Below are positions 31,823-40,799 of a DNA stretch of 64,000 nt, in pieces. The notes under the pieces are model-generated. The model was not told where the DNA came from, did no database searches, and saw only the letters and a program-made list of their open reading frames with translations. Within the stretch, counting starts at the first letter, position 1, and each line of letters opens with the position of its first letter. The translations under genes were made by a program, and so were the position numbers. This DNA comes from an uncultured Oscillospiraceae bacterium. Its GTDB lineage: Bacteria; Bacillota; Clostridia; Oscillospirales; Oscillospiraceae. The stretch is taken from NCBI GenBank assembly GCA_900757655.1, contig CAAEOT010000026.1:20476-84475 (forward strand), written 5' to 3'.

Positions 31823-31945
31823 AGCAATAAGTTCATCGAGAATTTCCCACTTGCGGTTATGGATGCCCGGACGAAGCGGTTATCGTCCGGCACTATTTGG
31901 TGGGGGAGTTCCGGGGAAAAGCAATTTGAAATTGGAGGAAAAACA

Positions 31946-33397
31946 ATGGACGAAAACAAACGTGGTTCATTTGGCAGCACAATCGGCTTTCTGCTCTCTG
32001 CCATCGGTTCTGCCGTCGGCCTTGGCAACATCTGGGGTTTCCCGTACAAGATGGGCAGATGCGGCGGCTTTACCTTCCTGATCGTTTACCTGGCTCTGGC
32101 GGCATTTGTCGGCTTCGCGATCATGCTCTCTGAGCTGGCGATCGGCCGCAGCACCGGCTTCGGTCCGGTCAACGCCTACAAGAAGGTCTCGAAGAAGTTC
32201 AAGTGGATCGGCTGGCTGGCCATCATTGCCCCGTTCCTGATCATGACCTTCTACTCGGTCCTCGGCGGCTACTGCATCTATTACATGGTCATCAACGTCG
32301 TCGGCATGTTCAGCGGCATGCCGGACAGCAGCTCCTTCGGGGCTCTGCTCACCAACCCGTGGGCCAGCATCGGCTGCATGGTTCTGTTCATGGTCATCTG
32401 CTATCTCATCAACCGCGGCGGTGTCGGCGGCGGCATTGAGAAGTTCAACACGATCGGCATGCCCGCACTGTTCGTCATGCTCGTCATCGTCATCATCCGT
32501 GCCTGGACGCTTCCGAATGCGGACGTCGGCCTCAAGTATATGTTCGTCCCCGGCTACGCTCTGAAGGCGGGCTTCTTTGACAAGGCGCCCGGCTTTATGG
32601 AAGTTCTCGCAACGGCCGGCGGCCAGATGTTCTTCTCCCTGTCTCTTGCCATGGGCGCCATGATCACCTACGGCTCCTACCTCGGCAAGAATGAGAACCT
32701 CCCGAAAAACTCCGTCATCATCGTCATCTCCGATACCATGGTTGCCATCATGGCCGGTCTCGCCGTTATCCCGGCGGCCGTCGCCAACGGCATCGCCAAG
32801 GGCATGGCCGTCTCCGATATCAAGCTCGGCGGCCCGAACCTCCTGTTCGCCACGCTGCAGGACGTGTTCCATGACATGGGCACCATCGGCGGTATCTTCG
32901 GCCTGATCTTCTACGCCCTCGTTCTGATCGCGGCCATCTCCTCCGCCATCTCCCTGATCGAGGCGGTCTCCGTCACCTTCATCGACCACGCCAGCGCCAA
33001 GGGTCACGAGCGTGACCGCAACAAGGTGCTCGCCGTCGTCTGCCTCGCCATCACCCTGCTGGCCTGCCTCGTCGCGGTTGACGGTCTCGGCTCCAACGGC
33101 ATCGCGCCGAAGGATCTGTTCCACATCAACTCCAAGGCTGACTGGTGCGCTGACTGGCTCGACTTCATGGATATGCTCTCTGAAGGCATTGCCATGCCGC
33201 TCGGCGCCCTGCTCATGTCCATCATGGTCGGCTGGGAGATCAAGCCGAAATCCCTGTACGGCGAGATCGACAGCGGCTACAACGGCCACATCCACGGCTA
33301 CTACACCTTCTGCATTAAGTACCTCTGCCCTGTGATCATGTTCTTCATCCTGCTTGTGCAGATCAGCACGTTCTTCGGTCTGGGCTGGTTCAACTGA
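31946..33397 (+). CDS. Sodium-dependent transporter, neurotransmitter:sodium symporter (SNF/NSS) family
   Basis: ORF 31859.. trimmed to MDENKRGSFGS.. (GGAGGA RBS). NSS signature GLGNIWGFPY and about 11-12 TM helices. Confidence 0.85.
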   Translation: MDENKRGSFGSTIGFLLSAIGSAVGLGNIWGFPYKMGRCGGFTFLIVYLALAAFVGFAIMLSELAIGRSTGFGPVNAYKKVSKKFKWIGWLAIIAPFLIMTFYSVLGGYCIYYMVINVVGMFSGMPDSSSFGALLTNPWASIGCMVLFMVICYLINRGGVGGGIEKFNTIGMPALFVMLVIVIIRAWTLPNADVGLKYMFVPGYALKAGFFDKAPGFMEVLATAGGQMFFSLSLAMGAMITYGSYLGKNENLPKNSVIIVISDTMVAIMAGLAVIPAAVANGIAKGMAVSDIKLGGPNLLFATLQDVFHDMGTIGGIFGLIFYALVLIAAISSAISLIEAVSVTFIDHASAKGHERDRNKVLAVVCLAITLLACLVAVDGLGSNGIAPKDLFHINSKADWCADWLDFMDMLSEGIAMPLGALLMSIMVGWEIKPKSLYGEIDSGYNGHIHGYYTFCIKYLCPVIMFFILLVQISTFFGLGWFN

Positions 33398-33439
33398 TCG
33401 CAGCATCAGAAGCTTTTCGTACAACGAAACAAAACAACC

Positions 33440-33470
33440 GCAACCGGCAGCCTTCTGGCTGCCGGTTTTT
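33440..33470 (+). terminator. Intrinsic terminator after the SNF transporter gene
   Basis: AACCGGCAGCCTTCTGGCTGCCGGTTTTT. Confidence 0.7.
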
Positions 33471-33524
33471 GTTGTGCCATGCGCTGCGGCGGCGGTCACC
33501 GTGCAGCCCACGTTCGGACATGGA

Positions 33525-33560
33525 AAAAGCGCCGTGCAGATCGCTCTGCACGGCGCTCTT
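33525..33560 (-). terminator. Intrinsic terminator downstream of the htrA-like gene
   Basis: On the plus strand AAAAAGCGCCGTGCAGATCGCTCTGCACGGCGCT, so hairpin then T-run on the minus strand. Confidence 0.6.
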
Positions 33561-33665
33561 CCGCTTGGGAAAATGAAGATGGGAGAAAGAAAAAAGAGGA
33601 TTGGTAAGTTTGCGGCGGCGGGGCGGTTACCCGCCGCCGATGGACGATAGAGAAGGAGTGCGCGC

Positions 33666-35210
33666 TTACTTCGTGCTGTCGCTGGCGCGGTCGAAGGTGA
33701 CGGTCAGCTTCAGCGTCTCGCCGCTGCGCGAGACGGTCAGCGTAGCGCTCTCACCAGCGGAGTACCCGCGCAGCGCGCTGCGCAGCGCATCGCCGGAGGA
33801 GACAGCCGTGTCGTCGATGGCGGTGATGATGTCGCCCGCCTTCAGGCCGGCCTTCTCGGCGCAGCTGCCGCTGTTAACGGCGTTGACATACGCGCCTTTC
33901 GGCATGTTGTAGTACTGCGCGGCGCTGTCCGGGATGGTCTGCAGCGTGATGCCGAGCTGGGCCCGGTCGGTCACGGTGCCGTTTTTCATGAGGTCGTTTG
34001 CGATGGCCACGGCGTCATTGACCGGGATGGCGAAGCCCAGACCCTCCACGCCGGAGGAACTGTATTTCGCGGTCACGATGCCGATGACCTGACCGGAGGT
34101 GTTGTACACCGGACCGCCGGAGTTGCCGGCGTTGACGGCAGCGTCGATCTGGAACATATTGATGCCGTTGTCGGTGCCGTCGGAGGTGGTGATGGTGCGG
34201 TCGAGCGCACTGATCATGCCGCTCGTCATGGTAAACTCCAGCTCGCCGAGCGGGTTGCCCACGGCGTAGACCGTGTCGCCGACGGTCATGCTGTCGCTGT
34301 CGCCGAAGGTGACGGGCGTCACGCCGGTGGCGTCGACCTTGAGCAGGGCAATGTCATTGTCCTCGTCCACGCCGACGATGGTCGCCTGATAGGTCGTGCC
34401 GTCGTAGGTGAGCACGGACACGGCGTAGCCGTACTGGTGCGCGGTGGAGATGACGTGGTAGTTCGTGAGCACATAGCCGTCATCGGTAATGAAAAAGCCG
34501 CTGCCGCAGCTCGCCTGGGAGCTGGTCTGGCCGAAGTAGTTGGTGTAGGTCACTTCCGTCGTGATGGCGACGACCTGCTTGCACGCCTGATTGTAGATCG
34601 CAGCGGCGGAGCTCGGGTCGGAGCTGACCGGCTGCGTCACGAGCGTGCCGCCGGAGTTGGAGGCGGAGCTGCTGCCGGTCTTGCCGGAGCGGGTGATGAG
34701 CCCCGCAATCGCGCCGCCGCCAAGGCCGCCGAGCAGCGCGCACACGAGGCACAGGCACGCGATGCGCGTGATGAGCCGCTTTTGTTCCGGCGTGCGCGCA
34801 GTCCTGGGCTTTCTCGGGCGGTGCTTGTGCTTGGGCTTCTCGGCCCAGGCGTCGTCGTTCGGCGTGTAGTAGCGCGGCGGGGTGCTGCCCGCATCGTCGC
34901 TGGGGTGGAAGTTTGCGTCCTCGTAGCTGCGCTCGGCTTCGGGGCGGACGATGTGATACGTCACGTCCTCGCTGCCGTCGATCTTTGCGCCGCAGCTCGT
35001 GCAGAAGCTCGCGCCCGGCTCGAGCGCCGCCCCGCACTGCGGGCACACGCGGCCCTGTGCGGAGCCGGTCCCGTTTGCCGCCGTCTCTGCCTGCGCGGAG
35101 GTGTTCTCCGTGCCTTCTGCCTGCGCGGAGGTGGTTTCGGTCCCTGCCTGTGCGGAAGTGGTTTCAGCTTCCGGCTGTTCGCTTTCGGGGAAATTGGAAG
35201 CGTCGTTCAT
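33666..35210 (-). CDS. HtrA/DegP-like trypsin-fold serine protease with PDZ domain, TM anchor and N-terminal zinc-ribbon plus acidic repeat linker
   Basis: Trimmed to the ATG at 35208-35210 (GGGAGG RBS). N-terminal repeats TSAQAGTETTSAQAEGTENTSAQAE, zinc ribbon CPQCGA..CTSCGA, Lys/Arg-rich stretch and TM. Trypsin_2 domain with GNSGGP and a C-terminal PDZ domain. Confidence 0.8.
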   Translation of the reverse strand: MNDASNFPESEQPEAETTSAQAGTETTSAQAEGTENTSAQAETAANGTGSAQGRVCPQCGAALEPGASFCTSCGAKIDGSEDVTYHIVRPEAERSYEDANFHPSDDAGSTPPRYYTPNDDAWAEKPKHKHRPRKPRTARTPEQKRLITRIACLCLVCALLGGLGGGAIAGLITRSGKTGSSSASNSGGTLVTQPVSSDPSSAAAIYNQACKQVVAITTEVTYTNYFGQTSSQASCGSGFFITDDGYVLTNYHVISTAHQYGYAVSVLTYDGTTYQATIVGVDEDNDIALLKVDATGVTPVTFGDSDSMTVGDTVYAVGNPLGELEFTMTSGMISALDRTITTSDGTDNGINMFQIDAAVNAGNSGGPVYNTSGQVIGIVTAKYSSSGVEGLGFAIPVNDAVAIANDLMKNGTVTDRAQLGITLQTIPDSAAQYYNMPKGAYVNAVNSGSCAEKAGLKAGDIITAIDDTAVSSGDALRSALRGYSAGESATLTVSRSGETLKLTVTFDRASDSTK

Positions 35211-35354
35211 GTTTTTTTGCCTCCCGGCTGTGTTGTTTTTGAAGTGTCTATATCGTAGTCGATATTTGTAACACGCGCATGAACAAAGGGCGAAGATTTT
35301 TCGAATATTCCCAAAAGCATTTGTGAACACTGCGTCTGATTTATGAACGCGCGG

Positions 35355-35392
35355 CAAAAAACCGCCCACACATCGTCGGATGTGCGGGCGGT
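35355..35392 (-). terminator. Intrinsic terminator downstream of the GntR-ABC operon
   Basis: On the plus strand AAAAAACCGCCCACACATCGTCGGATGTGCGGGCGG. Confidence 0.55.
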
Positions 35393-35407
35393 AGGGCTTT
35401 GCGGGTG

Positions 35408-37279
35408 TTACCGGCCGAAGCTGCTGTCGGTCGTTTCGTAGGTGTTGATGGCCGGCTGCGTGTCAGGCTCGCCGCCGTACTTGATCGAGTCGCCCTCGAG
35501 CAGCGGCTTGATGTCGTGCGCGCGCAGCCATGCAAGCGTGCGCGTGGAATCGGTCAGCGGGGTGTAGTCGACATTGGCGTAGGTCGTTTCGCCCGTTGCC
35601 GGGTCGTACTGGCTGAGCTGATAACCGATGGTCACGGCGTAGGCCGTGCTCTGCCGCGTGCCGCTGTCGGTCAGCCAGGCGCGGCCCATGGTGCCGTCCG
35701 CGCAGTCGGGCACGATGGCGTTTTCGTACAGGTCGAGCGCCTGCTCGGCCGTGAGCTCCATGTAGAGGTAGTCGCCGCTTTCGGTCTCATAGCCGATGTT
35801 TGTGTAGGTGAGGTGCTCGAGCGTCACGGCCAGCTCCGGCGTGTTGCGCGTGGCGCGCGCTTCGTCGCAGTTGAGCACCTGCTCGATCTGCGCCAGACGC
35901 GTGCTCGTGTCGGGGAGCGTGTATTCGCGCATCAGCACCTTACCGTTTGTGAGCTTGTAGGTCAGCTGCAGACTGGTGATGCTGGTGTCGTCCGTGATCT
36001 TTTCGCGCTCCGCCACGACGGCGCGGTGGATGTCCTCCACGGCCTGAATATTCTCCGCCTCGGTGAGCGCGGAGCTGTAACCGTTGCAGATGATGCGCGC
36101 GCTTTTGACCTGCGCGGTATCCGGGATGCGGCGGGCGTAGCCCGTGAGGTCGCACTTCGCGCCGACCACGACGAGGCAGCACACGGCCGCTGTGACCGCG
36201 CAGCCGCGCCAGACCGTGCGCGGGATGCGCAGGGACTTGCGGATGACCATCTCGCTGATGACAAAGCCGAGCGCCGCGCCGAGGACTGCCAGCAGCAGAA
36301 ACGGCGCCAGTTGCGTCCGGTAGGCCGGCACGTTGAGCAGCATGCCGTACACGCCGACCGGCATTGCCAGACCGGCGAAGAGCGCCACGATGTACTTCAG
36401 CACCGGCTTGAGCGCCGGGATGGCAACGGTGTCGCCCGCGCTCTCCATGCGGCGGCGCCGGTAGAGCTGACCCGCGCACACGAGCAGCAGCAGCGCGAAC
36501 GCCGCCCAGACGAGCGGATAGGTCCAGCCGGAGAAGCTGTTGACGGCGGCCTCTGTCCCCGTGCCGCTGATCGGGCGCAGCAGATAGTCGTTGTTGATGC
36601 TTGTGCGCCGCATGAACAGCACCAGCGGGGAGAGCCAGTCGACCGGCAGATCCACCATGCCCGACATGCCGTACACGAACATGTAGAGCACGGCCTCGAC
36701 AAGCAGCTGGAAGCCCACGGCGATGAAGTTCACGAGCAGGTACAGGCACGGCAGCATGACCACGTGGCCGGTGAACATGGCGCACAGCACGGCGATGCCG
36801 TAGAATACGACCGTCTCGAGCGCGAGTATGCCCAGCCAGATGAGCAGCGGCTCGATGACGAGTTCGAAACGCGTCGCCTCGATGAGCACGGCGAGGCCGA
36901 AGATCACGGCCTCGGCTGACAGCAGCATCACAAGGCCCGCCAGCAGATGCGTGCGGAACATGCACCCGCGCCGGATCGGCAGGGAGGCGGCCAGCCCCGC
37001 GCTGCGCGGCGTGTACAGATAGCCGAACATGGCGGCGGCTGCGAGCAGGCCCGCGCAAAACGCTGTCAGCGGCAGCAGCATCTGCGTCTCGGAGAGAATG
37101 ACGTTCGAGAGGTAGCTGATCTGCCCGGTCGACACATACGGTATCGTCGAGCGCGCGTTGAGCAGCGCACCTGGCAGCATGATAAACAGGATCACGCCGT
37201 AGATGACCCACAGCGGCCACCAGCGCGACAGGCATTTGCGAAATTCCGTCCCGTTACAGAAGGATGTCTTTGACGGCAT
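35408..37279 (-). CDS. ABC-2 type transporter permease with ~330-aa extracytoplasmic C-terminal domain
   Basis: Trimmed to the ATG at 37279 (GGGAGG RBS). Six predicted TM helices in the N-terminal 300 aa and a long soluble C-terminal domain with no recognisable enzyme motif. The start overlaps the ATPase gene. Confidence 0.65.
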   Translation of the reverse strand: MPSKTSFCNGTEFRKCLSRWWPLWVIYGVILFIMLPGALLNARSTIPYVSTGQISYLSNVILSETQMLLPLTAFCAGLLAAAAMFGYLYTPRSAGLAASLPIRRGCMFRTHLLAGLVMLLSAEAVIFGLAVLIEATRFELVIEPLLIWLGILALETVVFYGIAVLCAMFTGHVVMLPCLYLLVNFIAVGFQLLVEAVLYMFVYGMSGMVDLPVDWLSPLVLFMRRTSINNDYLLRPISGTGTEAAVNSFSGWTYPLVWAAFALLLLVCAGQLYRRRRMESAGDTVAIPALKPVLKYIVALFAGLAMPVGVYGMLLNVPAYRTQLAPFLLLAVLGAALGFVISEMVIRKSLRIPRTVWRGCAVTAAVCCLVVVGAKCDLTGYARRIPDTAQVKSARIICNGYSSALTEAENIQAVEDIHRAVVAEREKITDDTSITSLQLTYKLTNGKVLMREYTLPDTSTRLAQIEQVLNCDEARATRNTPELAVTLEHLTYTNIGYETESGDYLYMELTAEQALDLYENAIVPDCADGTMGRAWLTDSGTRQSTAYAVTIGYQLSQYDPATGETTYANVDYTPLTDSTRTLAWLRAHDIKPLLEGDSIKYGGEPDTQPAINTYETTDSSFGR

Positions 37280-38147
37280 AGTCTGCACCTCCCAATTCAT
37301 AAATAAAGATCTCCTCGAGCGTCAGCGGCACCACATCGAGGTACTGCGGCTGCGCGGTGGACAGCCGGTTCGTGACCTCGGCGGCGTCACCGTGCACGAT
37401 GAGCGTGTACAGGTGGCCCTGACTGCTCTGGTGCAGGATGTCGAGCCCCTCGGGCAGCTCTGTGCCGTCCGGCAGGGCCACGAGCACCTTGACGATGTTG
37501 GCCTGCAGCTCCGAGAGCGGGTGCTCGAGCAGGACCTTGCCGCCGTTCATGATGCCCACATGGTCGCACACGTCCTCGAGCTCGCGCAGGTTGTGCGACG
37601 AGATGAGCACGGTCGTGCCGTTTTCGGCCACATCGGCCAGCACGAGATTCCAGACCTGGCGGCGCATGACGGGGTCGAGCCCGTCGACCGGCTCGTCGAG
37701 GATGAGCACGTCCGGCCGCAGGCACATCGCCAGCCAGAACGCGGCCTGCTTCTGCATGCCCTTGGACAGGCGGCGGATCTGCCGCTTCGGATCGAGCTGA
37801 AACACCTCGCCGAGCTTCTGATAGCGTTCGGCGTCGAACTTCGGGTAGATGCCGCGGTAGTAGCGCATCATGTCCGGGATCGTCGCCTGCGGGAAATAGA
37901 ACACGTCGTCCGGGATGTAAGCGATGCGCGCCTTGACGGCCGGGTTTTCGTACACGGGCTGGCCGTCGATGTCGATCACGCCGCTGTCCGGGCGGTAGAT
38001 GCCCGTCAGATGGCGGATGAGCGTGGACTTGCCCGCGCCGTTCGGCCCGACGAGGCCGTACACCGCGCCGCGCGGCACGGTCATGGTCACGCCGTCGAGC
38101 GCGCGGAAGCCGTCAAACGTTTTGACGACGTCTTTGACTTCAATCAT
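37254..38147 (-). CDS. ABC transporter ATP-binding protein
   Basis: Trimmed to MIEVKDVVKTF.. (AAGGAGG RBS). Walker A GPNGAGKST, signature LSKGMQKQ, Walker B ILDEP. Confidence 0.85.
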   Translation of the reverse strand: MIEVKDVVKTFDGFRALDGVTMTVPRGAVYGLVGPNGAGKSTLIRHLTGIYRPDSGVIDIDGQPVYENPAVKARIAYIPDDVFYFPQATIPDMMRYYRGIYPKFDAERYQKLGEVFQLDPKRQIRRLSKGMQKQAAFWLAMCLRPDVLILDEPVDGLDPVMRRQVWNLVLADVAENGTTVLISSHNLRELEDVCDHVGIMNGGKVLLEHPLSELQANIVKVLVALPDGTELPEGLDILHQSSQGHLYTLIVHGDAAEVTNRLSTAQPQYLDVVPLTLEEIFIYELGGADYAVKDILL

Positions 38148-38508
38148 GGTTCGTTCCTCCTTCGGGGATGCGGCGGCGCAGCTCCTCGCAGCGCATGCCG
38201 AGGTATAGCAGCTCCTGCACGGCCGCATCGAACTGCTGCAGCAGCGCGACCTGCCGCGCGGGATCGTCCGGGATCTGGGCGCAGACGTAGCTGCCGCGCC
38301 CGGCAACGGAGCAGATGTAGCCCTCCGTCTCCAGCTCACGGTAGGCGCGCTGGATCGTGTTCGGGTTGATGGTCAGCTGTGTGGACAGCTCGCGCACCGA
38401 GGGCAGCTTTTCGCCCAGCGGCAGTGAGCCGGACACGATCAGCCGGCGCAGCCCGTCGCGCACCTGCTCGTAGATCGGCCGGGAATCGCGGTAATTGATC
38501 GAGATCGT
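38140..38508 (-). CDS. GntR-family (YtrA-like, short) transcriptional regulator; extended 5' coordinates with a non-canonical start
   Basis: HTH GntR core EKLPSVRELSTQLTINPNTIQRAYRELE. The track ORF starts at GTG 38463, but the conserved N-terminus (T)ISINYRDSRPIYEQV continues in frame upstream to a stop at 38536-38538 with no ATG/GTG/TTG. Candidate starts are ACG 38506-38508 or ATC 38503-38505. Confidence 0.6.
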   Translation of the reverse strand, partial: TISINYRDSRPIYEQVRDGLRRLIVSGSLPLGEKLPSVRELSTQLTINPNTIQRAYRELETEGYICSVAGRGSYVCAQIPDDPARQVALLQQFDAAVQELLYLGMRCEELRRRIPEGGTNHD

Positions 38509-38538
38509 AGTGCAACACCAACTTTCTGTAGCGTATCA

Positions 38539-38564
38539 ACTGTATTAACCGTGTTGGTACAGTT
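38539..38564. promoter_or_regulatory. Inverted repeat AACTGTA-N12-TACAGTT adjacent to the GntR start; candidate autoregulatory operator
   Basis: AACTGTA at 38539-38545 and TACAGTT at 38558-38564. A TTGACA-like -35 on the minus strand lies just upstream (about 38580-38585). Confidence 0.4.
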
Positions 38565-38615
38565 AAGTTACCATGTGTCGGCGCATCTGTCAAGGGTTAA
38601 GATGCATTTTGATGC

Positions 38616-38655
38616 AAAAAGTTCCCGGACGCGGGTTCGCGTCCGGGAATGGAGA
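38616..38655 (-). terminator. Intrinsic terminator downstream of mnmG
   Basis: On the plus strand AAAAAGTTCCCGGACGCGGGTTCGCGTCCGGGAA. Confidence 0.65.
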
Positions 38656-38696
38656 ATGTCGAATATCTATGCTGGAGTGCAGAAATCCAGATAATT

Positions 38697-40574
38697 TTAT
38701 TTCTGTCCCTCGCGGCTCTCGAGATAGACCATCAGCGTCGCAATGTCGGCGGGGGAGACGCCGGAGATGCGGCTGGCCTGGCCGAGGCTGGCGGGGCGGA
38801 TGTCATGGAGCTTCTGCCGCGCTTCGAGCCGCAGGCAGGACACCTGCCGGTAGTCGAGATCCGGCGGCAGCAGCCGCTCCTCGAGCCGGGTGAACTCCGC
38901 TACCTGCCGCAGCTGGCGCTGGATGTAGCCCGCGTACTTGAGCCGGATCTCCGCCTGCTCGGTCACGACGCGCGGCAGCTTCGGCCGCGCGGGGTCGAAC
39001 GGCGTGAGATCGGCGTAGGTGATCTGCGGCCGGCGCAGGAGGTCGGCCAGACTCACGCCCGAGCTCGTCGGCGCGGTGCCGCGCGCGGTGAGCATCGCGG
39101 CGAGGGCGTCCGACGGGGCCAGGTGCGTTTTCTCCAGCCGGGCGCACTCGGCGTCCACCAGCCGGTATTTTTCCTGCACGGCGGCAAAGCGTTCGTCCGA
39201 TACCAGTCCGATCCGGTGGCCGATGGCGCTCAGGCGCTCGTCGGCGTTGTCCTGCCGGTGCAGCAGGCGGTACTCCGAACGGGAGGTCATGATGCGGTAC
39301 GGCTCGTTTGTGCCCTTGGTCACGAGGTCGTCCACGAGCGTGCCGATGTACCCGTCCGAGCGGCGGAGGATCATGGGCTCTCGCCCCAGCAGCTTCAGCG
39401 CCGCGTTCACGCCTGCGACGAAGCCCTGCACGGCCGCCTCCTCATAGCCGGACGAGCCGTTGAACTGCCCAGCACCGTAGAGGCCGGGCACTTTTTTGGC
39501 CTCCAGCGTCGGCAGCAGCTCCGTCGGATCCACGCAGTCATACTCGATCGCGTAGGCGCAGCGGGTCATCTCCGCGTGCTCGAGCCCCGGCAGTGTGTGC
39601 AGCATCGCGACCTGCACGTCCTCCGGCAGGGAGGAGGAGAAGCCCTGAATATAGAGCTCTTCCGTGTCCAGACCCATCGGCTCGATGAACAGCTGGTGCC
39701 GCGGCTTATCGGGGAAGGTCATGATCTTCGTCTCGATGGACGGGCAGTAGCGCGGGCCGACGCCCTCGATCACGCCGGAGTAGATCGGGCTGCGGTCGAG
39801 GTTCGCGCGGATGATGGCATGCGTGCGCTCGTTGGTATAGGTCAGGTAGCACACGGCCTTGTTCTCGACCGGGTGCGTGGTGGAAAACGAAAACGGCTCG
39901 ATCTCCGCGTCGCCCGGCTGCAGCTCCATGCGGGAAAAGTCCACCGTGCGCGCGTTCACGCGCGGCGGCGTGCCGGTCTTGAACCGGCGCATACGCAGTC
40001 CCAGCGCTTTGCAGCATTCCGCCAGCGGGCCCGCGGCGGCCAGCCCGTCGGGGCCGGAATCGCGCAGCACATCGCCCACGATCGTGCGCCCGTGCAGATA
40101 CGTGCCCGTCGCGAGCACGGCGGCGCGGCAGCGGTAGACAGCCCCGTTTGCCGTCACGACGGCGCTGACGCGGCCGTCCTCCGTCTCGACGGCCACGACC
40201 TCCGCCTGCTTGACGCGCAGGTTCGGCTGCAGCTCGAGCGTGTGCTTCATCACGGCCTGATACTTCCGCCGGTCGGCCTGCGCGCGCAGCGAGTGCACGG
40301 CCGGCCCTTTGCCGCGGTTGAGCATCCGGTACTGGATGCAGGCCTGATCGGCCGCGCGCGCCATCTCGCCGCCGAGCGCATCGAGCTCGCGCACGAGGTG
40401 GCCCTTGCCCGTACCGCCGATGGCGGGGTTGCAGGGCATATTGCCGATGGCGTCCATATTGATCGTAAAACAGACGGTGTCCAGCCCCAGCCGGGCGGCG
40501 GCCAGCGCGGCCTCAATGCCCGCGTGGCCCGCACCGACGACGGCGACGTCACAGCTTCCGGCGTCATAACGCAT
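38697..40574 (-). CDS. mnmG: tRNA uridine 5-carboxymethylaminomethyl modification enzyme MnmG (GidA)
   Basis: FAD-binding N-terminus [22 protein letters not shown] and the full GidA family length of 625 aa. Confidence 0.95.
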   Translation of the reverse strand: MRYDAGSCDVAVVGAGHAGIEAALAAARLGLDTVCFTINMDAIGNMPCNPAIGGTGKGHLVRELDALGGEMARAADQACIQYRMLNRGKGPAVHSLRAQADRRKYQAVMKHTLELQPNLRVKQAEVVAVETEDGRVSAVVTANGAVYRCRAAVLATGTYLHGRTIVGDVLRDSGPDGLAAAGPLAECCKALGLRMRRFKTGTPPRVNARTVDFSRMELQPGDAEIEPFSFSTTHPVENKAVCYLTYTNERTHAIIRANLDRSPIYSGVIEGVGPRYCPSIETKIMTFPDKPRHQLFIEPMGLDTEELYIQGFSSSLPEDVQVAMLHTLPGLEHAEMTRCAYAIEYDCVDPTELLPTLEAKKVPGLYGAGQFNGSSGYEEAAVQGFVAGVNAALKLLGREPMILRRSDGYIGTLVDDLVTKGTNEPYRIMTSRSEYRLLHRQDNADERLSAIGHRIGLVSDERFAAVQEKYRLVDAECARLEKTHLAPSDALAAMLTARGTAPTSSGVSLADLLRRPQITYADLTPFDPARPKLPRVVTEQAEIRLKYAGYIQRQLRQVAEFTRLEERLLPPDLDYRQVSCLRLEARQKLHDIRPASLGQASRISGVSPADIATLMVYLESREGQK

Positions 40575-40716
40575 GACGAGATCCCTCCGGATTCTTATTA
40601 GAATAACAACAACTTTTTATTTTACCCGTTTTGCGCCACGAATGCAAGAGCGGCGGGGCGCGTGCGGCGGCAAAAACGGTTGTGCAGTATCCGCACAACA
40701 AAATGCAAAAAAGCAC

Positions 40717-40745
40717 TTGCTTTATCGTGCTAATGTGGTAATATA
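40717..40745 (+). promoter_or_regulatory. sigma-70-like promoter for the amino-acid ABC operon (TTGCTT-16/17-TAATAT)
   Basis: TTGCTT at 40717-40722 and TAATAT around 40739-40744. Confidence 0.4.
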
Positions 40746-40799
40746 ACAGCGTGCTAACAAGCAAAAACAAATTTTGAAATACGATGAAGGAGAACAGAC

